Positions 19,283 to 28,115 of a stretch of 64,000 nucleotides of DNA are shown here, in pieces (the first letter of the stretch is position 1; each line of letters starts with the position of its first letter). The translations under genes were made by a program, and so were the position numbers. The notes beneath the pieces were generated by a model. The model saw only the letters and a list, made by a program, of their open reading frames with translations, was not told where the DNA came from and did no database searches. Source of the stretch: Alphaproteobacteria bacterium (lineage in GTDB: Bacteria; Pseudomonadota; Alphaproteobacteria; SP197); assembly GCA_965228895.1 (NCBI GenBank), contig OZ245842.1, forward strand, positions 960,001-1,024,000, read 5' to 3'.

Positions 19283-20338
19283 CTATTCCTCCGGCGCCTC
19301 TTCGACCTGGTTCATGAGGGCGCGGACGTCCTGGGCGTCATAGACCTCATCCACCGTCACGTCGCCGGAGATGATGCCGTCGCGGATGACCATCAACTCG
19401 GTCCACATGTCAGTCGGAATATGGTCGGTCTGCAGCAGCTTGACGGAATCGTCGTCGAGCTTGATGGCATAACCCACCGTGCCGAAGGTGCCGTTGTTCA
19501 GGTCGTCGACCATGGCGCTATAGACCGGCACCATGTTCCACATCACCGAGGTCAGCAGGTGACCCTTGTCCAGGCTCGACTTGTCGCCGATGACGTCGAT
19601 GAACCAGACCTTGCCGCCATCGGTCGCCGGTGTCGTTTCGACCGCCTCGATCATGCCGAAGCTGGAGCCGTTGCCCTGGCCGAAGATGATATCCGCGCCG
19701 GCCGCGATGACCGTGCCGGTCACCCGGTTGCCGCCGGCAACGTCGGAATAGGCGGCCGGGCCGATGATGGCGTAGATGATGTTGACGTCGCTGTTCTCGG
19801 CCTTGACGCCCTGGGCAAAGCCGGCTGACTGAGAGTTCCAGGACGGTGGTTCGCCGGAAACGACGATGCCGACCGTGCCGGTCCGGGTCATCTTGGCGGC
19901 CAGGCGGCCGGCCAGATAGGCGCCGTCATGACCGGACAGCGTGTAATCGCCGATCAGGCCTTCCTTGATCGCGTCGGGGCTGTCGACGATGGCGACGGGA
20001 ACGCCGGTCTCCTCGGCGATCTCCGGTGCCGCGGTATTGTAACCGCTGGCATGGGCGATCATCAGGCTGGCGCCGTCCTCGGCCAGTTCGCGCAAGGTCG
20101 GGCGCACGTCGCCATAACCCAGGCCTTCGGCCGGAATGAACTCGATGCCATAGGCTTCGGCGACCTCGCGGGCCGCGTCGACGCCCTGCTGGTTCCAACC
20201 GAAATCGGTGCCTTCCTCGGGCACCAGAATGGCGATGCTCGTGACTTCATCCGCTGAGGCGGCGGAGAACGTCATCACCGCGCCGACGGCAAGAGCGCCG
20301 GTCGCCGCGAACAGTTTACCAACGAAAGACTTCATCAT
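19283..20338 (-). CDS. BMP family ABC substrate-binding protein (candidate vitamin B6 binding)
   Basis: Signal peptide ending ASA-DE; TDFGWNQQG, IAHASGY and GAYLAGRLAAKMTRTG motifs. Lies inside the B6 operon. Confidence 0.88.
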   Translation of the reverse strand: MMKSFVGKLFAATGALAVGAVMTFSAASADEVTSIAILVPEEGTDFGWNQQGVDAAREVAEAYGIEFIPAEGLGYGDVRPTLRELAEDGASLMIAHASGYNTAAPEIAEETGVPVAIVDSPDAIKEGLIGDYTLSGHDGAYLAGRLAAKMTRTGTVGIVVSGEPPSWNSQSAGFAQGVKAENSDVNIIYAIIGPAAYSDVAGGNRVTGTVIAAGADIIFGQGNGSSFGMIEAVETTPATDGGKVWFIDVIGDKSSLDKGHLLTSVMWNMVPVYSAMVDDLNNGTFGTVGYAIKLDDDSVKLLQTDHIPTDMWTELMVIRDGIISGDVTVDEVYDAQDVRALMNQVEEAPEE

Positions 20339-20462
20339 CTTCCTCCCTTACGACTTGGATCCAACGTCCCCGCACCATCACGTCCGGCCGCTGGATCCGA
20401 ACGGCCTGGCACTTGAAACTGATGTTGATGCTGCATGGTCATGGTCTTCACTTCAAACACCT

Positions 20463-21389
20463 TCATGGGGCCTGACTGTCGAGTATCTTGCGCACCGCCA
20501 CAAGCTTGGCGGCGCGTTCGGCCCTTAATGTGGCAACTTTTTCGGGCGTGTAGTCGAAGATACCGCCGCCCGTCTTCATGCCCAGCTGTCCCTGACTGGT
20601 CTTGGCGGTGACATACTCGCTAACATCCTGACGTGCGGACAGGTCCTTGTTGAGGTAGCTGCCGACGGCTTCGTAGATATCCAGGCCCGCGACGTCGAGC
20701 AGCGCCATGGGGCCGATGACCGAGAGTTTATAGCCGATGCCCCAGGAGACGCAGGTGTCAAGGCCCTCCGCGTCGATCACGCCCTGGTCGACCAGATCGA
20801 CGCATTCGCGCATCAAGGCGTAGAGCACGCGGTTCTCGACGAAGCCCGGAACGTCCTTTTTGACGACCACCGGCTTCAGGCCAAGGTTTTTGACCGTCTC
20901 GACCATCCATTCGACCGTCGCTTCGCTGGTTTCAGCGCCGGCGATCACCTCGACCACCGGGATGATATGCGGCGGGTTCGACCAGTGCATGCCGACGACG
21001 CGACCGGGTGTCGGGATGTGTTTTTGCAGCGTGCTGATCGGAATGCCGGAGGTATCGGACGCGACGATACAGTCTGCGCTGACGAGACTGCCGAGCTCGC
21101 GGAACAAGGCCGCCTTGATCTCGAGGTTCTCCGGCACGTTTTCGAGGACGAGGTCGGCGCCGTCGACGCACGCCGCCACGTTCTCGCAGACCTCGACCGG
21201 CTGGCCGTCGCTGCGATCGGGCGCGCCGAGGCGATCCAGAACCTCATCGGCGGCGGCGATCTGTGCCAGCGCATTGTCCCGCGCCGCGCCGCTGATGTCA
21301 TAGCAGGCAACCGCCATGCCGGCGCGCGCCATGGTGGCCGCGATACCCGGTCCCATGGTGCCGAGGCCGATCAGCGCTGCTCGCGTCAT
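20463..21389 (-). CDS. 5-formyl-3-hydroxy-2-methylpyridine-4-carboxylate (FHMPC) 5-dehydrogenase (3-hydroxyacyl-CoA dehydrogenase fold)
   Basis: GLGTMGPG, ASDTSGIPI, GMHWSNPPHIIP, DTCVSWGIGYK and KLVAVRKIL match the M. loti enzyme as recalled. Confidence 0.87.
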   Translation of the reverse strand: MTRAALIGLGTMGPGIAATMARAGMAVACYDISGAARDNALAQIAAADEVLDRLGAPDRSDGQPVEVCENVAACVDGADLVLENVPENLEIKAALFRELGSLVSADCIVASDTSGIPISTLQKHIPTPGRVVGMHWSNPPHIIPVVEVIAGAETSEATVEWMVETVKNLGLKPVVVKKDVPGFVENRVLYALMRECVDLVDQGVIDAEGLDTCVSWGIGYKLSVIGPMALLDVAGLDIYEAVGSYLNKDLSARQDVSEYVTAKTSQGQLGMKTGGGIFDYTPEKVATLRAERAAKLVAVRKILDSQAP

Positions 21390-21405
21390 TTCCCAAACCC
21401 CCGGA

Positions 21406-22533
21406 TCAAAAGACGCTGGTTTCGATGATGTCGACGCCGCGCTGACGATCGATCAGGTAAATCAGGCCGCGATCGTCGATCGTGACGTCGTTCGACGAGG
21501 CGTGCTCGTGCCCGTCGGGCGGGTCGGCGGCATAAAAGCCGACTTCGCGTGGCCGGTAGGGATCGGCGAAGTCGACCAGGCGCAGGCCCTGCGCAAACCA
21601 GGCAAACGGCAGGATGGTGCCGGTAAAACGCTCGGATGGTTGGTGGCAGCCCATCATCGGGGGCTGGGGCGCGCCGTCGACGTCCAGCCCCTCGACCTGG
21701 AAGGTCGCGATCGCCGAGGGATTGTGTTCGTTGGTGATGTCGTAGACCCAGGTGAACGCCGGCGCCGACGGCCACAGCTTGGCGACATCCTCATCGGCGA
21801 CCACCATGATCTCGCGCCCCTTGAGCTGCCCCGGCATCTTCAGGCAAGTATGCGTGGGGTGCGGAAAGGAGGGCGACGTGTTGACGCCGGAGATCAGCTT
21901 CGGCTTTGTCATGTCGGCGATATCGAGAATGAAGAACCCGTGGTGCCAATAGCTGACATAGAGCCGGTCGCCGACACGCAGCGGATGGTGGCAACGCGGC
22001 GGCACCCATTCGTTCCAGGGGTACTCTTCGCCGCCGGCCTCCCATTGACCGGGGATCCACCAGCGCCCAACTTCCTCCGGCTTGGCCGGGTCGGCGAGGT
22101 CCAGGATCACCACGATGTTGCCGACATAACCTTCAGCGGTCGGCGAGATATAGGCGTAGCGCCCGTCGAAATCGTAACGGTGCACGCCCTTGCCGTGGGT
22201 CAGCCATTTGGTGATCAGCTTCGGTTCTGATGGGTTCTCGACGTCATAGATGCCGAGGCCGCCGCCGAACCCGCTGTCGCCGCCCTGGCCCAAACGCTCA
22301 TGATTGACGACCATGATGCCGTTGGCCGCCCGCACCTTGTGGGAATGCCAGCCCTCGGGGATCTCGATAAATCGAAGCAGCTTTGGATTCTTGGGATCGG
22401 CGACGTCGTAGATGCTGGTGCCGCTGGGATACCGCATGTGGCCGACATAGAGCGTCGTGCCGTCGACCCAGACCTGGCCGCCGCCGGGGCAGTCGATATG
22501 GCCGATCCGTTCGGTGTTAAGCGCGCGCGCCAT
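21406..22533 (-). CDS. LVIVD-repeat beta-propeller protein with multiple His motifs
   Basis: Repeated blades IYDVADPKNP, IYDVENPSEP, ILDLADPAKP, ILDIADMTKP, VYDITNEHNP and LVDFADPYRP. ATG 22533 lies 2 nt after the cupin stop. Confidence 0.82.
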   Translation of the reverse strand: MARALNTERIGHIDCPGGGQVWVDGTTLYVGHMRYPSGTSIYDVADPKNPKLLRFIEIPEGWHSHKVRAANGIMVVNHERLGQGGDSGFGGGLGIYDVENPSEPKLITKWLTHGKGVHRYDFDGRYAYISPTAEGYVGNIVVILDLADPAKPEEVGRWWIPGQWEAGGEEYPWNEWVPPRCHHPLRVGDRLYVSYWHHGFFILDIADMTKPKLISGVNTSPSFPHPTHTCLKMPGQLKGREIMVVADEDVAKLWPSAPAFTWVYDITNEHNPSAIATFQVEGLDVDGAPQPPMMGCHQPSERFTGTILPFAWFAQGLRLVDFADPYRPREVGFYAADPPDGHEHASSNDVTIDDRGLIYLIDRQRGVDIIETSVF

Positions 22534-22535
22534 GG

Positions 22536-23687
22536 TCAGGCCAGTCTGACGATGTCGCCGGCCTCGCTCCGGCCGTGCTTCTGGTAAAGCGAAAGCGCCT
22601 TGAGCGTCGGTTCGTCGCTGGCAACGAACAACACGGCCGGCGCGCTGTCGGAGCCGTTGACATGTTCGGTCCATGCGCCACCCGGCACGGCGAAGGTGTC
22701 GAACCGTTCCCAATCGATCCGCGTGCCGTCGATGATGCTGTGCCCGCTGCCCTCGATAGGCGCGCACAGCAGGCTCGCGTTCTGCTTCATCGGGCGGGTT
22801 TTCTCGCCGGGGCGCAGCATCTGGGCAAAGAACGTGATGGTCTTGAAGACCGGCAGCCCGTTGGTCGGATCGACATACTCGATCGTCAGGGCCTCATAGG
22901 GATCGCCGTCCCAATCGCGGAAACTCTCCAGGAGTTCGCGCATCATCTCCCATCGATAGACATACATGGGCGACGCGTTGCCGGTACCGCGGTGGTGGCT
23001 GACGAAGCGCGGCTGGAGTCCGCCGTGGCCATAGATGCGCTGGCTGTAGTCGGACGGAAAACGTTCGGACTGCACCTCTTTTCGAACCCGCTCGCCCGCT
23101 TCTTCTTCGGTGTAATCGTGCTCGAAATAGGTCGCGTTGAGCGTCTCGACCAGAGGCAAATCCAGGACGCTCAGGTTGATCGCCGGTTCGTCACCCTGGT
23201 TGCCGTGGTTGTGCCACGTGTCGTGGGGCGTCAGCACCATATCGCCGGGGCCGAAGGTGATGTTTTCGCCCTCGACGCCGGTGAAGTTCATGGTTCCGGT
23301 CAGGCCGAAACGGATCGCGTTGGGTGAGTGCCGGTGCGGCGGCATGATCTCGTTGGGGTCGTTCAGCCGATAGGCCGTGTACATGGTCGAGACCGAGGCC
23401 CGGCGCGGCGCCAGGCCCGGATTGACCAGGATCAGCGAACGGCGTTCCGACGATTGCGTGGTGATCAAGTCGGCCGAGCGGTAGAGCAGCGGCTCAATCT
23501 CGTCCTTGTAGCGCCAGACATGAGGGATCGCTTTCTTCTTGTCCTGGACCTGCCGATCTTCGTCGTGATCGGCGCTGGTGTCGACGGCCCAAAACGGCGC
23601 CATGTTGAGCCGCGCGACATCGTCATGAAGCGCATCGAGCGCCGACTGGAGATTATGCTGACTGGTATCCGACGACTGTGCTGACAC
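22536..23687 (-). CDS. Bicupin ring-cleaving dioxygenase, gentisate/salicylate/1-hydroxy-2-naphthoate 1,2-dioxygenase family
   Basis: ERRSLILVNPGL, HRHSPNAIRF and WHNHGN (3-His Fe site), YVDPTNG; second cupin degenerate. GTG start at 23687 with GGAG RBS. Confidence 0.87.
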   Translation of the reverse strand: MSAQSSDTSQHNLQSALDALHDDVARLNMAPFWAVDTSADHDEDRQVQDKKKAIPHVWRYKDEIEPLLYRSADLITTQSSERRSLILVNPGLAPRRASVSTMYTAYRLNDPNEIMPPHRHSPNAIRFGLTGTMNFTGVEGENITFGPGDMVLTPHDTWHNHGNQGDEPAINLSVLDLPLVETLNATYFEHDYTEEEAGERVRKEVQSERFPSDYSQRIYGHGGLQPRFVSHHRGTGNASPMYVYRWEMMRELLESFRDWDGDPYEALTIEYVDPTNGLPVFKTITFFAQMLRPGEKTRPMKQNASLLCAPIEGSGHSIIDGTRIDWERFDTFAVPGGAWTEHVNGSDSAPAVLFVASDEPTLKALSLYQKHGRSEAGDIVRLA

Positions 23688-23782
23688 GGTTCCCGCTCCG
23701 CTCCTCCGTGGGATCGGAGGATGACCTGTTTTTGGCAACCGACACTAGGGTTCGCCGGTTCCTTTGTGTCCCGAACCAAACA

Positions 23783-23800
23783 GTAACCATTGGGTAACCA
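23783..23800. promoter_or_regulatory. Candidate FadR/GntR operator
   Basis: GTAACCA direct repeat at 23783 and 23794 (11-bp period); the second copy lies in near-palindromic TGGGTAACCA. Located in the divergent promoter region. Confidence 0.45.
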
Positions 23801-23988
23801 CCGGTCAAACGCTTCGCCGGAGAATACGCTGCCCAGCGCCGAAGTCGCTTGGCGTCATCCCGCTTTGGCGAGGAAATACAATCCCTCGTGAGCAAATCGG
23901 CGGGTCGGACAATAGCCTTGAATGTGAGGAACCAATGTGGGACCTTTGGTTCTGTCTGGATGTTGCGGCTGGCGGAGGCCAAGCGCGA

Positions 23989-24681
23989 ATGGAACGTTAC
24001 GAATCCACCCTGACGACCTTGCGGGATCTACTTGCCAGCGGCGAGTTGAGCCAGAGTGGCCGGTTGCCGCCAGAGCGGGTGTTGGCCGGCGATCTGGGGG
24101 TCGGCCGGCGCACCCTGCGCAAAGCGCTCAGCGCGTTGGAACAGGAAGGCCAAATCCTGCGTCGCCAGGGGCGCGGAACGTTCGTCAACCAGCCACCGGC
24201 AAGCCCGGTGGGGCAGTTGGAACAGACCTTCGAACACACCAATCCCATTGAGGTGATGGAGGTTCGCCTCGCCATTGAGCCGGTCATGGCGCGCTTGGCG
24301 AGCGTCCGTGCGTCGCGCTGCGATATCGAGCGTTTGACCAAGCTGGCCGACGAGACCAGAACCGCCCAAGACGCGGCGACCTATGAACAAGCTGATGCGG
24401 CATTTCACCGCAAGGTCGCCGAGGCGGCCCGCAACGTCTTGTTCCTGTCGATCTATGATGCGCTGGCAGATATTCGCCGCGATGCCTCTTGGTCCAACCT
24501 GGATGAGAATGCCCGGTGTTTTAACCGCCAGGCGCTCTACGCGGGGCTTCACGTGGAGCTGGTTCAGGCGATCACGGCACGCGATGGCGATAAGGCCCAA
24601 CAGATCATGTACAGCCACTTGAGCGACGTTCAGGCCCATATCGCCGAAAAAATGTTCCCGTTGGCCGAACCTGTCGCCTGA
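23989..24681 (+). CDS. FadR/GntR family transcriptional regulator
   Basis: RLPPERVLAGDLGVGRRTLRKAL...RRQGRGTFV wHTH, plus FCD domain motifs EVRLAIEP and DAAFH. Confidence 0.93.
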   Translation: MERYESTLTTLRDLLASGELSQSGRLPPERVLAGDLGVGRRTLRKALSALEQEGQILRRQGRGTFVNQPPASPVGQLEQTFEHTNPIEVMEVRLAIEPVMARLASVRASRCDIERLTKLADETRTAQDAATYEQADAAFHRKVAEAARNVLFLSIYDALADIRRDASWSNLDENARCFNRQALYAGLHVELVQAITARDGDKAQQIMYSHLSDVQAHIAEKMFPLAEPVA

Positions 24682-24792
24682 GCGTTTTCCGAGCTGGACC
24701 GTTGGTTGGCGTGGCTCTTTGCTTGTCTGCGCGAGGTATGGAAACTCGTGACTTGTGACGGCTGACACAAGCCCCGCATGGGGATCTCCCAT

Positions 24793-24838
24793 AAAAAATG
24801 CGGCCCATGCTAATGGAGGGATTAGCGCATGGGCCGCA
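24793..24838 (-). terminator. Rho-independent terminator of the Gly-rich gene
   Basis: Stem TGCGGCCCATGC / GCATGGGCCGCA with an A6 run at 24793-24798, which reads as a U-tract on the minus strand. Confidence 0.75.
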
Positions 24839-24907
24839 CAGTTTAGGTGAGGGCGTTGTTGTTGGTTAAGACAGCCCTCGTATCTTTTCCTTCAGCCAGC
24901 TAGTGCA

Positions 24908-26542
24908 TCAACCGTCGCCCCGGCCTTGACCGCCGTTGCCTTGACCATTGCCATTGCCGCTGTTGCCGTGTCCGGCATTGCCGTTCTGGTCGCCCCGGCC
25001 AGCATTCGGCTGGCCGTTGCCAGCGCCACCGGTCCCGTTGCCGTCGCCGGTTCCACTGTGACCGCCGGAGCTGCCGCCATGGCCGCTCGACCCACCGGAG
25101 CTGCTGCCACCGCTCGAACCGCCGTGGCCGCCGGATCCACCGGAGCCGCTGCCGCCGCCTGAGCCGCCGTGGCCGCCCGAACCGCCGTGGCCGCCGGATC
25201 CACCGGAGCCGCTGCCACCGCCTGAGCCGCCGTGACCGCCCGAACCACCGTGGCCGCCGGATCCACCGGAGCCGCTGCCACCGCCTGAGCCGCCGTGACC
25301 GCCCGAACCACCGTGGCCGCCGGATCCACCGGAGCCGCTGCCACCGCCTGAGCCGCCGTGACCGCCCGAACCACCGTGGCCGCCGGATCCACCGGAGCCG
25401 CTGCCGCCGCCTGAGCCGCCGTGACCGCCCGAACCACCGTGGCCGCCGGATCCACCGGAGCCGCTGCCGCCGCCTGAGCCGCCGTGACCGCCTGAGCCGC
25501 CGTGGCCGCCGGATCCACCGGAGCCGCTGCCGCCGCCTGAGCCGCCGTGACCGCCCGAACCTCCGTGGCCGCCGGAGCTGCCGCCGTGACCACCGGAGCT
25601 GCCGCCATGGCCGCCGGAGCTGCCGCCGTGACCGCCGGAGCTACCACCGTGTCCGCTGGACCCGCCGTGTCCGCTCGATCCGCCGTGGCCGCTGGACCCA
25701 CCGTGTCCGCTGGACCCGCCGTGACCGCTCGATCCGCCGTGTCCGCTCGATCCGCCGTGTCCGCTGGACCCGCCGTGACCGCTCGATCCGCCGTGTCCGC
25801 TGGACCCACCGTGTCCGCTGGATCCACCGTGACCGCTCGATCCGCCGTGGCCGCTGGACCCGCCGTGACCGCTCGATCCGCCGTGTCCACTGGATCCACC
25901 GGAGCTACCGCCGCTCGAACCACCGGAGCTACCGCCGCTCGAACCACCGGAGCTACCGCCGCTCGAACCACCGGAGCTACCGCCGCTCGAACCACCGGAG
26001 CTACCGCCGCTCGAACCACCGGAGCTACCGCCGCTCGAACCACCGGAGCTACCGCCGCTCGAACCACCGGAGCTACCGCCGCTCGAACCACCGGAGCTAC
26101 CGCCGCTCGAACCGCCGGAGCTGCCGCCGCTCGAACCACCGGAGCTGCCGCCGCTCGAACCGCCGGAGCTGCCGCCACTCGAACCGCCGGAGCTACCGCC
26201 ACTCGAACCGCCGGAGCTACCGCCACGATCGTTGTCATGGCCAGAGGGCCGATCACCAGATGGCGATGGCTGATCACTGGGACCCGCCGCGGGCGTGATT
26301 GTCGTCAGGTCTTCAAGATAGGTAAGGCATTCGCCGGATTGAACAGCCGCCTGCAGTTCGTCGGGCGACATGGTCGAACACGATGCCATTGCCCGGGGCG
26401 AGGTGTGCCAAAGCTCACGCTCTGCCGCATCGGACGAATAGGGGAGGCCCGCCGTCGCCAGGGCCAGCATGCCTGTGCCAAGCAGTCCAGCACGGCCCCA
26501 CTTGTAGCAGGCCAGCCATCCGCTATTGGGATTTTTCATCAT
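24908..26542 (-). CDS. Secreted Gly/Ser/His-rich tandem-repeat protein
   Basis: GGGAG RBS, signal-peptide-like N-terminus, short unique region with two Cys, then (GGSS)n, (GHGGSS)14, (GGHGGSS)4, a 21-aa unit about 7 times, and a Gly/Asn tail. Repeat variation is mostly at third codon positions in this frame. Confidence 0.8.
   Translation of the reverse strand: MMKNPNSGWLACYKWGRAGLLGTGMLALATAGLPYSSDAAERELWHTSPRAMASCSTMSPDELQAAVQSGECLTYLEDLTTITPAAGPSDQPSPSGDRPSGHDNDRGGSSGGSSGGSSGGSSGGSSGGSSGGSSGGSSGGSSGGSSGGSSGGSSGGSSGGSSGGSSGGSSGGSSGGSSGGSSGGSSGGSSGGSSGGSSGGSSGGSSGGSSGGSSGGSSGHGGSSGHGGSSGHGGSSGHGGSSGHGGSSGHGGSSGHGGSSGHGGSSGHGGSSGHGGSSGHGGSSGHGGSSGHGGSSGHGGSSGGHGGSSGGHGGSSGGHGGSSGGHGGSGGHGGSGGGSGSGGSGGHGGSGGHGGSGGGSGSGGSGGHGGSGGHGGSGGGSGSGGSGGHGGSGGHGGSGGGSGSGGSGGHGGSGGHGGSGGGSGSGGSGGHGGSGGHGGSGGGSGSGGSGGHGGSGGHGGSGGGSGSGGSGGHGGSSGGSSSGGSSGHGGSSGGHSGTGDGNGTGGAGNGQPNAGRGDQNGNAGHGNSGNGNGQGNGGQGRGDG
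25120..26225. repeat. Nested coding tandem repeats (63-bp x about 7, 21-bp x about 4, 18-bp x 14, 24-bp x about 13)
   Basis: GGATCC recurs at 25133, 25196, 25259, 25322, 25385, 25448 and 25511 (63-bp period). 18-bp period from 25648 to 25890. CCGGAGCTACCGCCGCTCGAACCA repeats from 25899 to 26225. Confidence 0.95.
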
Positions 26543-27152
26543 TCATACTCCCGTTGAGAGATAACGGCGACAGTCATGGCCTCGGGCGCCGTTGCTGATT
26601 GGGAGATGGCGAGGGGGCGGGTGCGTTACTCCTCAGATTGTCAGCCGCGCCGCGCAGCTTGAGAAGTTTCGTTGGCCGGACAAAATGCGAATGCCTCTAA
26701 TTGTCTTTTGATCATCAGTAAAATCAATCACTTAGGATTCATGTTCATAGTAGGCATGCAAAAAGCGCCGGTGCCTTTTCGATGCCGCCAAATGGCCTGC
26801 TGATGGCCACATTTCGATTGGCTTCAAATCGGCCGACCGCTGAGGATGGGAATTTGCCAATCGCCAAACAGAGTTCGAACTTGTTGTCAGAAAAGTGGGA
26901 TTTATCCCAAAGTATGGTCGAAATGTGGCAGCCGAGGCGGCGCGTTGGAAGCCGCTCATCACAGATCCCGGTCGTGTACCGGCTGGACACACGAGAACTG
27001 GCCCGTGACATGGCGGACAGGGCACTTAGAATGCATTGGGCGCGGCTAAGGGGCAGGCCAAGGGGGATCAGCGATGGCCGGACAATCTGAAGGCGCTTTG
27101 GTGGCTGCTGCGCGGCCCGCGGAGCGAACCCTTGCGGGCTAAAGCTCGCGCA

Positions 27153-28115
27153 ATGTCACGAGGGGCTCTGTTATCCATCGGTGTGGCCGTCCTGCTGTCG
27201 GCGTGCTCGACGGCTGACTACGCGCAACCCGTGAACACCTTCGCCGATGCCAGCCGCACGGCTGAGGACGCACTCGGCGCCCTCAACGACAGTGTCACCG
27301 AGGGCTACGCCAATTACGTTCGCTCGTTGGCGAGCAATGGCGATGGTCTGGTCGAGATCACCGACGGCGATTGCCTTGTTGCTTCCGAGCGTTGCCGCCT
27401 GACCGTCTTCGTCCGGGCCGACGGGTCGGAGAAACAGCTGGCGCCTGATGCGGCGCTGGCGAACATGCTGGTCGTGATGGCGGGAATCCGCGCCTATGCC
27501 GACAACCTCACCCGTATCGTCACGGCCGATACCGCGGCCGCCGCCAGCGCCAACGTGAACGCGACCATCGGCAGCGTGCAGAATCTGGCCACCATCATCG
27601 CGGCGCAACTGGGCGAACCGGGTGCCGCTGTCCCCGATGTCGCCGCGCCGGTCGGCGCAGCCGCCAACTGGCTGCTCGGTCAGTACGTCGAGAGCGTCAA
27701 GCTCGATGGGCTGCGTCATGCCACCGCAACCGCCCAGCCCGTGGTCGCGGAGGCCGCCGATCTGTTCGAGCAGGCTGGCGACGTCTCGGCGGTTCTGCCC
27801 AAGGCGTTGTTGGCTGCGGACGTCCAGCGACAGTTGGATGTCTATCGCCAGACCAGCAGCGAAGCCAATCTCGATCGCCTGATTGCGACAGCCGACGCCT
27901 ATGACGCGTTTCTTGTCGCCAAGCCCTCGCAAGTCTTCGCCCGCCTGCGCGAGGCCCACGACGCCCTGGCCGATAGCCTGAACAACGAGGATCTGTCCCT
28001 GGCTGCCGCCATGGCGAAGATCGAGGTCTTCGCGGCCGAAGCCGGGGCCTTTGCAAAGATCATGAAGGACTTGTCGAGCGCCTTGGCCAGTGCGCCCACG
28101 GGAGGCGATCCATGA
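27153..28115 (+). CDS. Hypothetical alpha-helical lipoprotein
   Basis: MSRGALLSIGVAVLLSAC lipobox, Ala-rich helical body and a central apolar segment (AAVPDVAAPVGAAANWLLG). Confidence 0.75.
   Translation: MSRGALLSIGVAVLLSACSTADYAQPVNTFADASRTAEDALGALNDSVTEGYANYVRSLASNGDGLVEITDGDCLVASERCRLTVFVRADGSEKQLAPDAALANMLVVMAGIRAYADNLTRIVTADTAAAASANVNATIGSVQNLATIIAAQLGEPGAAVPDVAAPVGAAANWLLGQYVESVKLDGLRHATATAQPVVAEAADLFEQAGDVSAVLPKALLAADVQRQLDVYRQTSSEANLDRLIATADAYDAFLVAKPSQVFARLREAHDALADSLNNEDLSLAAAMAKIEVFAAEAGAFAKIMKDLSSALASAPTGGDP

Noticed and set aside
20463-21389. 3-hydroxybutyryl-CoA dehydrogenase call
   Set aside because: Same fold, but the specific motifs and B6 neighbours indicate FHMPC dehydrogenase.
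24908-25000. Two RGD tripeptides in the Gly-rich protein tail
   Set aside because: Easily produced by chance in a Gly-rich low-complexity tail, and nothing else indicates integrin binding.
25120-26225. Regularly spaced repeats as a possible CRISPR array
   Set aside because: Units are contiguous with no unique spacers, all periods are multiples of 3 within one ORF, and no cas genes are present.
24892-26557. Alternative-frame ORFs 24892-26277 (-) and 25547-26557 (+) encoding Ala/Val/Thr/Arg repeats
   Set aside because: They are stop-free shadows of the Gly/Ser repeat. Only the Gly-rich frame has an RBS, a signal peptide and synonymous-position variation.
26719-26734. AT-rich motif TAAAATCAATCACTTA as a possible recombination or island-end site
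   Set aside because: Single occurrence, with no partner repeat, integrase or tRNA in the window.
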